Positions 40,398 to 55,704 of a stretch of 64,000 nt of DNA are shown here, piece after piece; the first letter of the stretch is position 1; each line of letters begins with the position of its first letter. This DNA comes from Eledone cirrhosa. Lineage: Eukaryota. Where the stretch lies: assembly GCA_964016885.1 (NCBI GenBank), contig OZ024740.1, positions 229,772,001 through 229,836,000 of the forward strand, given 5' to 3'. The notes beneath the pieces are model-generated. The model had not been told where the DNA came from and did no database searches. It was given only the letters and a program-made list of their open reading frames with translations. The translations under genes were made by a program, and so were the position numbers.

Positions 40398-41010
40398 TAC
40401 ATGGTGGCTGCCAACTCGTTTTCGAGTACGGCCACTACTTTATATCCATGTAGGAGAACCCCTACCGATGCGCTGAACGAGTGTGCCTTTTTAGTCCAGC
40501 CAGCGACTTGAAAAATCTGGTACAAAGACTACACTTGTGACAATTATTGACACATAGTGCTGGGCCCATGGTACCATGTGACGACAAGTGCAGAGAGATC
40601 TCCAGATATAAAGCAATGCCTGTGTCGTGAACCTTTTATAGTGAGCAAAGGCACTGCACAAAGCCAGTTCCACTCTCTTAACCAAGATGATATTTACCAA
40701 AAAGAAGAACAAGTCAACATCATTGGATACCATCAGGGTTGCAGGTGTTATATCAGAGTTTTCCTTCTCCTAGAATTCTGCCTTGACAAAGGCTAAGGGG
40801 TCATCTCTCCCGGTGATTTTGGATGGCCATTGACTCTTAAGAGCTCCTTTGCCCTTTAACAGGTTTTGTTTTTAGTCCTGCAGGATATCCAAAGTCACCT
40901 TCCTCACCAAGAAACCTTGGTGGGGATTGTCAGTTTAGTCGCCAACGACCCGACCATGAGACAGGTTGTACTGGGATACATGTTACCAGTAGCACCAACT
41001 GGTGACCTGA
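40398..41010 (-). mobile_element. ~610-bp non-coding element in (CATA)n, probably RTE-derived non-autonomous
   Basis: Near-identical opposite-strand copy at 59160-59768; tctaggagaaggaaaactc and ggcgactaaa motifs resemble RTE 5' UTRs (recalled, not searched). Confidence 0.7.
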
Positions 41011-41132
41011 CATACATACATACATACATACATACATACATACATACATACATACATACATACATACATACATACATACATACATACATACATACATACA
41101 TAAATACATACATACATACATACATATATATA

Positions 41133-41885
41133 TAAATCCCTGATCAGCAAAACATACCCCTTTAAGATAACCCACTGTACTAATAAGAAATGTGTTATAT
41201 GTAAAGTAAACTCCCATATAAACTGTAAAACAAGAAACGTAGTCTATACCATAAGATGTACAGAGGGTACCTGCAGAAACATGACAACGACATTCATAGG
41301 TGAGACAGCTCGAAGCATAGGAGAAAGACTAGACCAACACTGGGGGGGGGGGGTTAAAAGGACAAAAAAACGGTCCAGTACTATACGAACACGCCAGACA
41401 ACATGACGGTAACATAAACAACATAGAAATTAAAATAATATCTAAACATAGAAATGACCCAGCAGGTAGGCAAATCAGAGAAGCGAGCGATATGGAGCTT
41501 AGAAGGCCAAAGCTAAGCAGAAAAAATGAATGGAATAACAACAACAACCATACCGAAACAAACAATACTGACCTAAGAGAAATATAAATAAATAAATAAA
41601 TAAATAAATATATACACAAGTACAATAACAACAAACACATATAAACACACACCAATAAACAAGGATAGAATACAAAAACCAAAACACATACACCCAAACG
41701 CGAACACACACGCCAAACACTATACACACACGCAAACGCATGCGCAGAGACGGAGACAAAAATAAATAAATAAATAAAAAGATAAAATAAAAATGGCGTA
41801 AACACGTCACAATAGGAGGAAACATGATAATAGTACCACTAATGATGTTGCAGAAGTGCAACGAAAGAACTTTGTTAGACTATAT
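41133..41885 (+). mobile_element. 5'-truncated Penelope-like element: GIY-YIG domain, 3' UTR and degenerate HHR
   Basis: CVIC..NCKTRNVVYTIRC..FIGETARSIGERLDQH..RNDPAGRQIREA..KNEW; CTaATGA-t-gttgca/tgcaac-GAAAG-aa-CTT at 41834-41877. Confidence 0.8.
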
Positions 41886-41919
41886 ATATAACATATATAT
41901 ATATATTTATATCTATATA

Positions 41920-42625
41920 TAATGAGTTAGAAACTCAAAGTAGTCTCTTACAATTAAATAGCTCTAAGAAAAAAGCTTTTCCGAGCCGTGTAATATAATT
42001 GAATATACAAGGGAGAAGAACACTAATATAAACATACATGCGTTCGAATTGTAAGGACCAGGTTTGCTAGGGTGAAAAATACTAACTACAGCAATATGGT
42101 TTGCCAGACTTAATTTAAAGTAGTAAATTAAGAAGAAAAATAACAAACCTATATTGGGCAACTGCCTGAAAACACCTAGACAGTTATAGGAACTGTTTCG
42201 CAAAAATCATATTAAGCGAAGTCATCACCATTTCTCTGCTCATCAGTAGGTGTCAAGAAATTAGCGATCCTTCCATTTCTAAAAATATTGGAAGACTGAA
42301 TTGTGTGCGATATGAAATAACGCACATGTCTTCGGAGCCTAGCTTGTCTCGAAAACCTCTGCCTTTAAAATTAGCAGCCTGGTTAACACGACATTAAAAT
42401 TAGCTCTACACGATGGAGCCGACAAATCGCACACAATTCAGTCTTCTAATATTTTTAGAAGTGGAAGGATCGCTAATCTCTTGACATCTACTGGTGAGCA
42501 GAGAAATGGTGATGACTTCGCTTAATATGATTTTTGCGAAACAGTTCCTATAACTGTCTAGGTGTTTTCAGGTAGTTGCCCAATGTAGGTTTGTTATTTT
42601 TCTTCTTAATTTACTACTTTAAAGA
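41920..42625. mobile_element. Asymmetric fold-back element with ~200-bp arms
   Basis: 42114-42312 inverted versus 42426-42624; tail 41920-42113. Confidence 0.85.
42172..42253 (-). ncRNA. Complete type I hammerhead ribozyme with full stem III
   Basis: Minus: acaccta-CTGATGA-gcagaga..tttttgc-GAAA-cagtt-cctat-aactG-TC|taggtgt; opposite arm (42484-42565) has CTGGTGA. Confidence 0.9.
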
Positions 42626-44296
42626 GCTAGTGAAAATATATGCTATTTTCAAAAATATTCTCATTATCTTCTATACTGGATGAAGGAAGAGCTTTCTTCA
42701 GACCAGAACACCTAAAAAATAATATATTCAGCTACAAACACACGAGAATCACATCGTGATGTTTAACCGGGTAACAAATTACCGTCCGTGAACTGGCTTT
42801 CTATACAATTTCAGTTTACAAAACTTTGTACATAGGCAGAATGGATCTGACTAACAGACAGCTGGATTTCAGAAGCGTGTTTTCACTGCTCGGCCAAAGA
42901 GTGCACCGTTTTAGTTTCAATCTTTGTGCACTGGCTATGACAATTTTTCTAGATTTTCTTTTACTTTTTGCTCAGACCACTGGCCCACTAAGCATTGCCC
43001 AAATATCTGAATGACCTTTTCACCTTTTCTCACAGGATACTAATCCACCCGAAGGTTTTATAAAATACATTTGCCCTAGGTACGAAGGTTTTGAGCACAT
43101 ATATACTATTACAAGAATGCAATGATTTTTAACAATACTGAATATATTCGTAACAAACACCGTAAACAGCGAATCCGGTTTTCTGAGTTATTGTGTACTA
43201 ATTATTGCCGTTCGATTCCAGACAGTTCGATTTTCCCATCCTTCCTACTGGAGTCGGCAATTACTTGTAAGAATGACGAAACGTATCAGTTCCCTTGATG
43301 AATATACCAGATTCATTTACATTTGTATATCATTATGAAACCTGCTTTGTTATCTTCTGTGTGTGCTTCACACATACGTCCACACACATATCGAAACACA
43401 CACAAGTCGAAACACACACGCATGTTGACACACACATACGTCGAAACAAAACACCCCCACACACACACAAGTCGACACAAGCACACACATCGATACACAC
43501 AAGCTCACATTTTGACAAATACACACGCCGACAGAGAAACACACGCACACAAGCGCACACACATGCATATATGCACACACATGCACATATGCTGCGTTCA
43601 TGGACTGGAAAGACCATATGACAGGGTAGTACTTGATACATATTTAAAAGTAGAGTAAATTATAGAGATATACAGGTTGTATGTATGTTCTTCTGGTTTT
43701 ATAATTTCACAAATTGTTCCCAATTGAGAGAGAGTCGGTTTCTAACATAGTTACAAGACTCTCTCATTGGAATTTACACAACATCAACTAGGTAGCTATG
43801 TCTGCATGTCTGCATGCATGCATGTGTGCAGGTATGGATGTTATTGTATGTGTGGATGTGGATGTTTTGAGTTGTATGTGTACATGTGCATATGCTTTGT
43901 ATCTGTAAATGTGTATTTGTTGTTATTAGATGCAACATTTTTGGAATGTTTTACATATTTTTACTGTTCCATTAATGGAACAGTATGTATGTATGTATGT
44001 ATGTATGTATGTATGTATGTATGTATGTATGTATGTATGTATGTATGTATGTATGTATGTATGAATACATACGTGCTTTTTCTCTAATGAAATGTTTTAT
44101 TCTGTTTTATCCTCTCCCCACTCTCCTCCGTCTTTCTATTTATTCTCTAATTTCTCATTATATCTTTTGATGAAGGAGTAGCGCCCGAAATGTCAAGGCT
44201 CTTTTCCTATTTTATCAAATGTTAAACTACTATCTTCATTGTACTGTATTGTTTGCGTTGTTGTTTTTCGTTGACCTTTCGCATAAATACATATAC

Positions 44297-44346
<50 letters not shown>

Positions 44347-44410
44347 CTATACACACACACACACACACACACATACATATATATATAGCTGCAACTTCGA
44401 TTATACTCAT

Positions 44411-44459
<49 letters not shown>

Positions 44460-44463
<4 letters not shown>

Positions 44464-44731
44464 CGAAGGAAATGTGGTAAGGAACCAGGTGGACCATAAC
44501 GCACCAAAGTACTCAATACTTAGTCCAGAATTAGCCGTCGAAACGGCTTGAGCTCAGCCGTCGGGGTCCTACTCGTTCCTATATATATATATATATATAT
44601 ATATATAACAAAGGGAGTGTGGTAAGGAACCAGATGGACCATAACGCACCAGAGTACTCGATACTTAGAGTAGTAGAGTGAGTAAGGAAAAGAGTCACGA
44701 CCCCGACGGCTGAGGTCCGGCCGTTTCGACT
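44460..44731. mobile_element. Two family-B elements in (TA)n
   Basis: 44460-44580 = inverted tail + forward head; 44605-44731 = diverged reverse copy. Confidence 0.8.
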
Positions 44732-45489
44732 ATATATATATATTCGGATTTTAGTCTTCACATTTATTATTACTATATATATATATAATAGAAAAAAACT
44801 TAGAAGTTTCGTTTACATATGAAAAGTATTTATTGCGTATCGACCTGTTACGTGCGTATCCGTGAGGATGTGCTCAAGGTGACCCATAGGAGTTATGGAC
44901 CCGACTCCAGTATCGATCTACTCCTCAGACTGGTGATGCGACAAAAGATATATTTTTGTAGTGGTTTGTGGACCGAGAATGTATATATATAGGCATTGGC
45001 CCTATTTCATTGTGTGTGTGGGCGTATGTGTATATCCTGGTTTAATTTGTTGGGCGGAAATGCGGTGTAGATTCACCGGTTTTCATGTGCGTATTTACGT
45101 GGCTGCGTGAGCAATTGAAAACTTGTGTGCGTGTTTGCGCGCGTGTGGGCGCGTTTTGAAATATGTATTTGTCAGTCAAAGACTTGTTTTGGTGTAAACA
45201 AGAAGCAGGGGTTGGGGGGGGGGGGGGTACCACGCAAGAACTACCGTGCAGGGTCTGTACCGTAGTTAGAACTCAAAGATGTGTTTACATGTGGTAGTCT
45301 AGATGATATTCAACTAGACAAATATGCATATTTATATGTGCGTGCGTGTGTGTGTGTGCGCGCGTGTGTGTGTGCGTGTATGTGTGTGTGTGCGTGCGGG
45401 TAAGTGTATGTGTGTCACTGTGTGTGTGTGTGTGTGTGTGTGTGTGAGAGCGCGTGCATATACATACATGTAAACACTAAAGTATTAGA

Positions 45490-46518
45490 TTGCTCGCCAA
45501 ACCAGGAAGTGACTAAAATATCATACCACACTGTGTGTGGAGATTAGTTTCTCGCCAGTTTGAATGCGTGCTGCCGTGTGAACACGCTTGCAGAGAGACA
45601 CACTTTGGTACAGATGCCACATAAAAATTCGAGGTGTATGGCTACTTAAAGTGTTATTTTCATGAGTATAACGTCTGCTATGGCTTACATACACGTCCGC
45701 ATTCCCCCACGGGTAAGCGTTTCTTTCGAACATCGATCAGGGAGCGGACTAATATCCTTATATATTTAGCTATTCAATTCAGCATAGGCCCTCTGCTTCT
45801 TTTCAAATTTCTTAACATCGGTTATAAACAGATTTTGCCTCTGGATTCTCACTATTGCAAGATTTTCCCATCTGCCGGTGTTGATGTTGGCCTTCTTCGG
45901 GGTATCTTTCTGACAGTCTTTAAAGCGCTTGTATAGCTTGTAGTTCAGGCATTTGCCTTGCAACAGTTCTCCATACAATACTTGTTTTGGGAATCCACTG
46001 TCTTCTAGACGCATTATGTGGCCTGACCACCGGAGACGCTGTTTCGTGGTCATGGTTTCAATATTTGGCAGACTGGCCGATTGCAGAACACCATTGTCTG
46101 GTGAGTGAGACCTCCATGAGATCTTGAGAATAGAACGCAAGCATTATTGGTGGAAACGTTCGAGGCGCTGGATACGTCCATAGTATGTTGTCTATGTCTC
46201 ACATCCGTACAGCAAGGCTGTAAGTATACATGCTTGGTACGTTCTAATGTTCGTGCGCATACTGATATCTGTAAACACAGGCACTTCTCCGGGTGACCAA
46301 AACCATCAGAAGCTTTAGGCAGCCTGTAGCTGATCTCTTCATCAAGAGTGCTGGTTCTAGAGAGGGTTCTACTCACATACACGAACCAATCCACAATCTT
46401 CAATATTTTCATTTTGACAAAGTGAAATATTTGGTTTTCCGGGTGCATTCTGGTACACAGTCTTTTTCAGGCTAATTGTCAGCCCAAATTCATCAGACAC
46501 TGCTGCGAAGCAATCCAC
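45490..46518 (-). pseudogene. RTE (BovB-like) LINE 3' fragment
   Basis: FGLTISLKKT, LDEEISYRLPKAS, RSILKISW, RLRWSGHIMRLEDSGFPKQVLYGELLQG, KRFKDC. Confidence 0.85.
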
Positions 46519-46851
46519 ATATATACGTACATACATAAATACATGCATATATATTTTTTAAATAATATTTATTTAAAAAAAAAGAACAAAATGCGGTTGA
46601 TTTAGAAGAATCTTTAGAATGATGAACATTCGTTCTGGCTCTCAGTGCACGGTGTTCAAATTCCTTGTTTAGATTACATCAATTTGTTTCGCTATAACAT
46701 GGCTTTTCAGGTTATGTGAGTTAAGATCGATTATTGCATCTTTATTCTTATAAGAAATGAAAATGTGGAAATAGAATAATGGATCGAGTCATACATTACC
46801 CGAAGAAACATTCTATGGTGAAATTATTAGTTATACAGAATACTCAGCTAT

Positions 46852-46905
<54 letters not shown>

Positions 46906-46939
46906 TATTATTATATATATATATATGAATCTATATATA

Positions 46940-47019
<80 letters not shown>

Positions 47020-47176
47020 GATCGACTCATCCTTTCAGCAGTATTTCCTTTTCTTTAATAAAAGGAGACTATTTCTTTAATAAGCAGGTGAAATTCTTTG
47101 CAAATATATTAACAGATATATATATTAACATACATGTGCGTACACATAGGTCGGGGCACACATTTACACACACTCG

Positions 47177-47240
<64 letters not shown>

Positions 47241-47368
47241 TATATGTGTAGATATATAACTATATTTATATACGTATAAATGTATATTTTATATATGTAT
47301 ATATATATGTATATATTTTATATATATATATTATATATGTATATATGTATATATATATATATAAACAT

Positions 47369-47569
47369 AGGAAAAAGTATGACCCCGACGGCAGAGCTCA
47401 AGCCGTTTCGACGGCTATTTCTGGACTTGTAGTCCAGAAATAGCCGTCGAAACGGCTTGAGCTCTGCCGTCGGGGTCATACTTTTTCCTATTTCCCACTC
47501 TACTACCCTAAGTATTGAGTACTCTGGTGTGTTATGGTCCATCTGGTTCCTTACCACAATTCCTTTGTT
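47369..47569. mobile_element. Family-B fold-back element
   Basis: Perfect ~60-bp arms around a 3-bp spacer (ctggact-tgt-agtccag) plus tail. Confidence 0.85.
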
Positions 47570-47599
47570 ATATATAAATATATATATATATATATATAA

Positions 47600-48443
<844 letters not shown>

Positions 48444-48522
48444 ATGAGTGTGAGCATGAGAGATAGAGATAGATTGATAGATAGATAAATAGATAGATAG
48501 ATAGAAAAAAAGAGAGAGAGAC

Positions 48523-48555
<33 letters not shown>

Positions 48556-48571
48556 CATAGAGAGAGAGAGA

Positions 48572-48624
<53 letters not shown>

Positions 48625-48923
48625 ATAGATAGATAGAAAGAGAGAGAGGGGAGTATTTTATATCCTGGTTTCCTTTTTGCAAGGAGTTTCTATTTTTCTG
48701 ATTTGGAGGGGGAGGGGTATGAAGGTGGGAGGAGTATATTCTACCCCCTTCCATCTACTTTTCATTTTTTATTTTTATTTTATGTTTATATTTTTTATTT
48801 TCTGTTTTTATTTTTGTTTTTACCGAAAGTTGCCTTTCCTCCACCATTTTCTTTTCTTCTTCCCACTTGGCACTTTTTCTTCCTTCCATAACACCTCCTC
48901 ACTCTCTCTAGCTATCCATTTCT

Positions 48924-49007
<84 letters not shown>

Positions 49008-49642
49008 AAGTCTTTCATTCCTTCCTCAACTACAGCTGTATCCCTTTTCCTCACTTCTCTCCCTTTTCTCTACACACTCAGGTAAGACCTCATCCAATTA
49101 AGGTAGGATGCCACACTTGCCTTTATTTATTTTACGCATTTTTCTTTTCTTCTTTTCTCGCTTTCCTTTTTCCTTTATTTCCTTTTCTACATTCCCTTCA
49201 TTCTTTGCTTCGTTGTTTCTTTCTATTTTTCTTTCTTTATGTTTTTTTTTACTATTTATTGTTGCTGCTGCTGCTGTTGTTGTTGTTGTCATTATCTTCT
49301 TCTTCTTCTTCTTCTTCTTCTTCTTCTTCTTCTTCTTCTTCTTCTTCTTCTTCTTCTTCTTCTTCTTTTTGATTAGGGTATTGTTGTTGTCATGGTTGTT
49401 TTCGTTGGGTTTTTTTTTGTATACGTGCTGATATCACCCCAAATCCCTTCCCCCTCACCCAGCCCATTCCCCCACCCCTCCTACACCCCCCACCCCATTC
49501 GCATGTCCTCCATTGCTGTTATCTTTTACATGGATATATAAGCGACAAGAAAACATCAAATCAAAAAGCAAAAAAGAAAGTACAAAAAAACGAAATAAAA
49601 CATATGCCCCTTCTCTCTTACGAATATATACATATATATATC

Positions 49643-49674
<32 letters not shown>

Positions 49675-49791
49675 TATGGGTGTGTGTAAGTGTGTGTAAG
49701 TGTATATGTGATATTTATGTCTAAATAAATATATATGTATGCATATATACACAGGCATATATATATATATATATATATGTATATTTATGAT

Positions 49792-49846
<55 letters not shown>

Positions 49847-49872
49847 TTATGTTTATATATATAGTTATGTTT

Positions 49873-49970
<98 letters not shown>

Positions 49971-50125
49971 GCTTACACATATATATATACTTATATACAC
50001 ACAAAATTAAGCACAATTTTTGCTTAGGTAGACATGTGCTAAGAGAAGAGATCTAAGAACAGAGAAACACAAACACACACACACACACACACACACAGAT
50101 AGATAGATATGTAGAGAGAGAGATG

Positions 50126-50184
<59 letters not shown>

Positions 50185-50302
50185 GCAATCCGAATGTACG
50201 TATATGCATATGCATACAGACATGTAGACATAACATAAAGGCATATCCGTCTAGACATGCTCTCACATACAAACATACAGGCAGACGCCTAACTATATAT
50301 AT

Positions 50303-50526
50303 AGGAACAAGTTTGACCCCGACGGCAGAGCTCAAGCCGTTTCGACGGCTAATTCTGGACTCTAGAATTAGCCCTCTAGAATTCTGGAGTCCAGAATTAG
50401 CCGTCGAAACGGCTTGAGCTCTGCCGTTGGGGTCATACTTGTTTCTATTACCCACTCTACTACCCTAAGTATTGAGTACTTTGGTGCGTTATGGTCCATT
50501 TGGTTCCTTACCACATTTCCTTCGTT
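50303..50526. mobile_element. Family-B fold-back element
   Basis: ~58-bp arms; spacer made of shuffled arm pieces; tail. Confidence 0.85.
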
Positions 50527-50623
50527 GATCATGGAAGTACTTACCTTACATATATACACACACATACACATACGTGTACATACCTATATATTTATATATG
50601 TGTGTGTGTGTGTGTGTGTATGT

Positions 50624-50688
<65 letters not shown>

Positions 50689-51182
50689 TGTATGTATAGG
50701 GTGTCTGTAAAAGAACACACACAGCTTTTCGTAAACTGTCTCTCGTATATCTTTTCTAATGTAGATAAACTTACTATAGCTATGTATACTGTATATTTAC
50801 CTGCATTCGTACACAAGCATTGAAATATGTAAACGCATACAGATATATATATACACAAGTATAAAAATCTATACACTTATGTATATAAATACATATTCGG
50901 TTACGAAAAGCCATATATTTTGTTCAAACTATTGTACTCATGTAGGGGTAGGCAATCTTATGTTCACCAAACATACATCTTAAACTGCACATTCTCATAC
51001 ATATGTAGTAAAACATTATATGTGTGTCATCAAACATACGCATTAGTATAGCCGAATAAGCATACACATAGTGATACAACATCCACGCAGTTTACATACA
51101 TACGTACACACGTGCATGTGCAGGTGCACAAAAAAAACTTGTCATAGATATATTGTATACTTACTTAAGACATTTATATATA

Positions 51183-51204
51183 TCTATATAAATAAAAGCA
51201 AGTC

Positions 51205-51264
<60 letters not shown>

Positions 51265-51374
51265 TGTCTGTCTGTGTACAAATACTAGGCTCCTTTTAAC
51301 TTTTGAAGTACTAGGCCGTTACGGACAAACAGGCTCTCATTCATTCACCGAGCAACGCCGGGTACATCTGCTAG
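51183..51374 (+). mobile_element. Short non-autonomous Helitron followed by a second Helitron-like 5' end (51378 onward)
   Basis: A|TCtatataaataaaag start, internal microsatellite, accgagcaacgccgggt hairpin, CTAG|T end. Confidence 0.7.
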
Positions 51375-51399
51375 TAATCTATATATCTAAAGCAGAGAA

Positions 51400-51436
<37 letters not shown>

Positions 51437-51674
51437 GACTCCCTAAAACTCGAGAACCACCCAACCGATTGTTTTCAAACTTTACACATGTAATACTTAT
51501 GGTCGTGTGAGTGTTTTGATTAAAAGAAATTTCAAATTTTCAATGCATTAGGCTATTTAGCGATCTCTCTCTATAATTATTAGTCTTTCTTTTTAGATAG
51601 ATACATAGATATAACGTTGCGCCCTTATAATATGTCTGTATGTCTGGCTGTCTGCATTACGACATTATGACGTC

Positions 51675-51715
<41 letters not shown>

Positions 51716-51749
51716 ATATATATAGTGTGTGTGTATATATATATATAGT

Positions 51750-51870
51750 GAAAACGTTTTTCGAAATATTTACTTCTGCGTTCACAGATTGATTTTTTTA
51801 GTTTCAGAAGATCCCATTAAGGGTGAAAGCAGCGATTCTTTGCTTAAAACCTTAATCTGTTATTTTAATA
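51750..51870 (+). mobile_element. Solo pLTR fragment of the Naiad-type family
   Basis: Matches 4855-4970 (cagaagatccc.ttaagggtgaaagcagcgattc). Confidence 0.8.
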
Positions 51871-51923
51871 TATATATATTAATTCAAAATATTAATTAAA
51901 TAGAACTTCTTGTGATCAAGTAT

Positions 51924-51988
51924 ATTTTATTATACATATTTCAGAGGTACTGAGCTAACTTCAACAGTACGTCCTCGTCAGATAGAAT
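51924..51988 (-). ncRNA. Type I hammerhead ribozyme (relative of 22259 family)
   Basis: Minus: attctat-CTGACGA-ggacgtactg..cagtacctct-GAAA-tatgt-ATA|ataaaat. Confidence 0.7.
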
Positions 51989-52076
51989 AAGATGATGCAT
52001 GACATAGTAGATGGTTAAGATCCAGTCATGGTAGTGAGTAAGATATGACAAAACTCAATATTTATATACCTTAAGA

Positions 52077-53105
52077 TTGAAACAACTGCTAGACAGCTTA
52101 CATGTGGACGTGATATATCTTGACTTTGCGAAGGCCTTTGACAAGGTCGACCACGGAATTATATGTCACAAACTACACGGACTCGGCATAACTGGAAAAG
52201 TAGGTGAGTGGCTGCACAACTTCTTAAAGGACAGAAACCAGACAGTCGCAGCAAACGAGGCCCTCTCAAAGGAAACATCAATAACAAGTAGGGTGCCCCA
52301 AGGGACAGTCCTGGGACCACTACTGTTTTTGGTGGCTCTCTCAGACATGCCCTCTGTAGTACATACAACAACATCCCTCACTAGCTATGCTGATGAAACT
52401 AAGGTAACACAGGCAATCAAAAACCCGGCTGACGCTGCCCTTTTACAACAAGATCTGGATGCCATATACAAATGGGCGGAAGACAACAACATGCAGTTTA
52501 ATGCTGGAAAATTCCAAGTCCTACAATAGAAACCTGCAAACACAAATACAGTACAACACAGTTATGCAGGACCAGGAGGGACCGATATTCCCGTGTCAAA
52601 ATCGATACATGACCTGGGTATAGACATGAGAGATGATGCATCTTTTTCCTCACACATCATGAAAGTGGCGACAATGAGCAGACGATTTGCTGGCTGGATC
52701 TTGAGGATTTCCCGGACAAGAGACCGAGACACCATGTGACACTATGGAGGACATTTGTCCTAACCGCCTGGACTATTGCTCCCAGTTGTGGTCACCCCAT
52801 AGTGTCAAACTAACCACGCAGCTTGAGGCAATACAGCGAAGCTACACCAAGAGTATTGCCACGATGAAGGAGATAAGCTACTGGGAGAGGCTAAAAGAAC
52901 TGAACCTCTACTCCTTGGAACGAAGACGGGAGAGATACGCAGTGATCTACATGTGGAAAATACTGGAGGGACTAGCACCAAACTTTGGCATTGGGAGCTG
53001 GACCAACCGTCGAACAGGACGTCACTGTGTGGTGCCAAAGGTCCCGTCTTCCACATCTAGAATAAGGAGCAGATATTGCAATAGCCTGGGTTCAAGGGCC
53101 CTCAA
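52077..53105 (+). pseudogene. CR1-type LINE reverse transcriptase fragment
   Basis: YLDFAKAFDKVDH, VPQGTVLGPLLF, SYADET, LDYCSQLWSP, YWERLKELNLYSLERRRER. Confidence 0.9.
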
Positions 53106-53269
53106 CAGTATTCTATAATATATAAGTGACTATAGCGTCAAAATGGAAAAATAGATAACGTAAGATGTGGGAAAATAATTCAAACTCAATTCAAAAAGAA
53201 TCAGGATATAGATTCATCCACAGAATTTGGTGAAATCCAGGGAGAAAACAATAGAGCCTTAACTCAGAA

Positions 53270-53370
<101 letters not shown>

Positions 53371-53730
53371 CACACACACACAGCTGAGCCTAATCAGTAA
53401 AAATCTCAATGTGAAGCCTTGTTTTGTTCTCCTTAATGCTTACTATAGCAGAGAATGTTAATATTGGTACCTTCCACAAAAAAGCAAAAATGTAGGAGGG
53501 TTGTGTGTGTGTGAAAAAGTAAACAGTACAAGAAACGAAACGACACAGCACAATGAAGAAATATATCAGTTTATCGTTTGAAAAAATCTTAATGTTTTGG
53601 ACACCAATCCTTCATTAGAAGGTAAGAATAGAAATAAAAAGGAAATAGAAAGATATGAGAAGAGGCAGGAACGGGGAAAATGAGAAAAATAACACACGTG
53701 CGTATGTAGTCAGCCATTTTGGAAAATTTC

Positions 53731-53855
<125 letters not shown>

Positions 53856-53989
53856 AGGACATTTGCATGCTTTACTAAAAGACGCATGTCACGAAAAAAG
53901 CGCTTTATTTGAGAAATCAATTGGCATAAATAATGTTGAGACTCTTCTTGATACATTTACTTAATGAATCTATCGTTATCATTAATGAC

Positions 53990-54420
53990 TGTTTCAATAT
54001 GACGTCTGAAACTTTGACATGCCCGAACCAGATGATATCTCTCTCGTTGCTAAAAACTCCCAGAATCGTCACAGTTGTCGAAAACTTTTTGTGCATGACC
54101 GTTCTAACGATTTTAGGGTAATTCCTTCGGTTGACCTTTTGGTCCTGATCAACGTTTTTTCTCATCAGAGAAACACCAAAGCATTCCTGGCTCTTGATGT
54201 TTCACTTTGCTCAACAAGCACTTTGCGGTGATCAGACGGTTATCTTTTGTCTTTTCGGACATGAATTGGTCTTTTCGTATCACATACGGTTTGTATCGAA
54301 GGTCCTTATGTTCAACTCCTTCGATAGTGTGCCTTGAAACCTTGATCTCCTTAGCAGTGGCACTAATTGATGTTCTGGGAGTCGTATCAATAATTTTCGT
54401 CATTTTGTCAGCAAGAGGCA
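53990..54420 (-). pseudogene. Tc1/mariner (maT/DD37D-like) transposase fragment
   Basis: HTH-like SISATAKEIKVSRHTI..DLRYKPY; FSDEK; DQDQKVNRRN; VMHKKF..ILGVFSNE. Confidence 0.75.
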
Positions 54421-55472
54421 GCTGAGAGATACTACTCGGACTGGGGTTTAGACTCTGTTACCCCCACCTTTCCCTTCTTTTCGTTGTTTAATTTCTTTCA
54501 TTTTTTTCCTTTTCTTCTATTCTTCTCTTCCTTATTGCTTTATATAAATTTTTTTTGTAAATAATAAAAAATATTAGAAATACTTAAGAAACACATTATA
54601 CATCAATAAAACTGTAATGATACGCCCATAATCATAAAAAAGCCTTATCAGCAACGGTATCAATTGACGAGATTTGAATCTATCTCTTAGTCTAGCTATT
54701 TAATTACGCTGCACATTAATACAGTGATGATGTAAAAAAATTGGTTTCACAAATACGTTGAATATACTAAGGAACGCTTTCTGAGTTATATAACCTTCAT
54801 GTTATATAACTATCATGTCAGGGATAAACAAACTTCTCTACAATACATAAATATCGTAAACACTGTAATACGAATAATGTAGACGTTAGCTATCTCTTCT
54901 CTTTTATCCCGTAACCCCAGGTGGAATCGTGGGACGCCGTAATGACATACGGCGTTTTGGGGGAATTTTAATCCTGGCGGAGTCCATCTCCTCTCCAAGA
55001 CTGAATACAGTTAATTTCTTCCAGAGAAGGATAGAAAGAGAGGAAGTGACAAAGAAATATAGAGGAAGAATCAACCCCAGTATATATTTTTTTTTTTTTA
55101 TCGATCTCAAAAGGTTGAAAGGCAAAGTTGACCTCGGCGGAATTTGAAACCAGAGATAAGAGAGCCGAAACGTATACCACAAATTATTCTATCCGACGTT
55201 CTCATAACTTTGCCGATTCGCCGTTAGTTATAGCTGTATGGAAAACATCAACTGATGCATGAGAAGAAATAGCGCAAGAAATAAATCAAATTAACCACCA
55301 GAACATAATTGCAACAACATACAACCTTTTTCATTGAAGGACAAAACCAGATCTGCCCTTCTTTACCTCTTCCACCTTTTTTCATTACTTAATTGTGCTT
55401 TTATCCTTTCTTTAATATTTCCATCATTGTATAACTTTTGTTTGTAAAATATCTTAATTTTGATTAATAAAA

Positions 55473-55669
55473 CTAGACAACCCGTGACCCGTTGGGTCAC
55501 GTTCACTTCAAAATATTTTTTTTTTAAATCATGTTCACTTAAAAATCATTTTCAAATAATTAAAATATACACAGATATGTATATAATGTGAAATGAAACT
55601 GGAAGGCCCTTATATATACGTAAGTGTATATATATATATATATATATATATAAATATGTGTGTATACAC

Positions 55670-55704
<35 letters not shown>

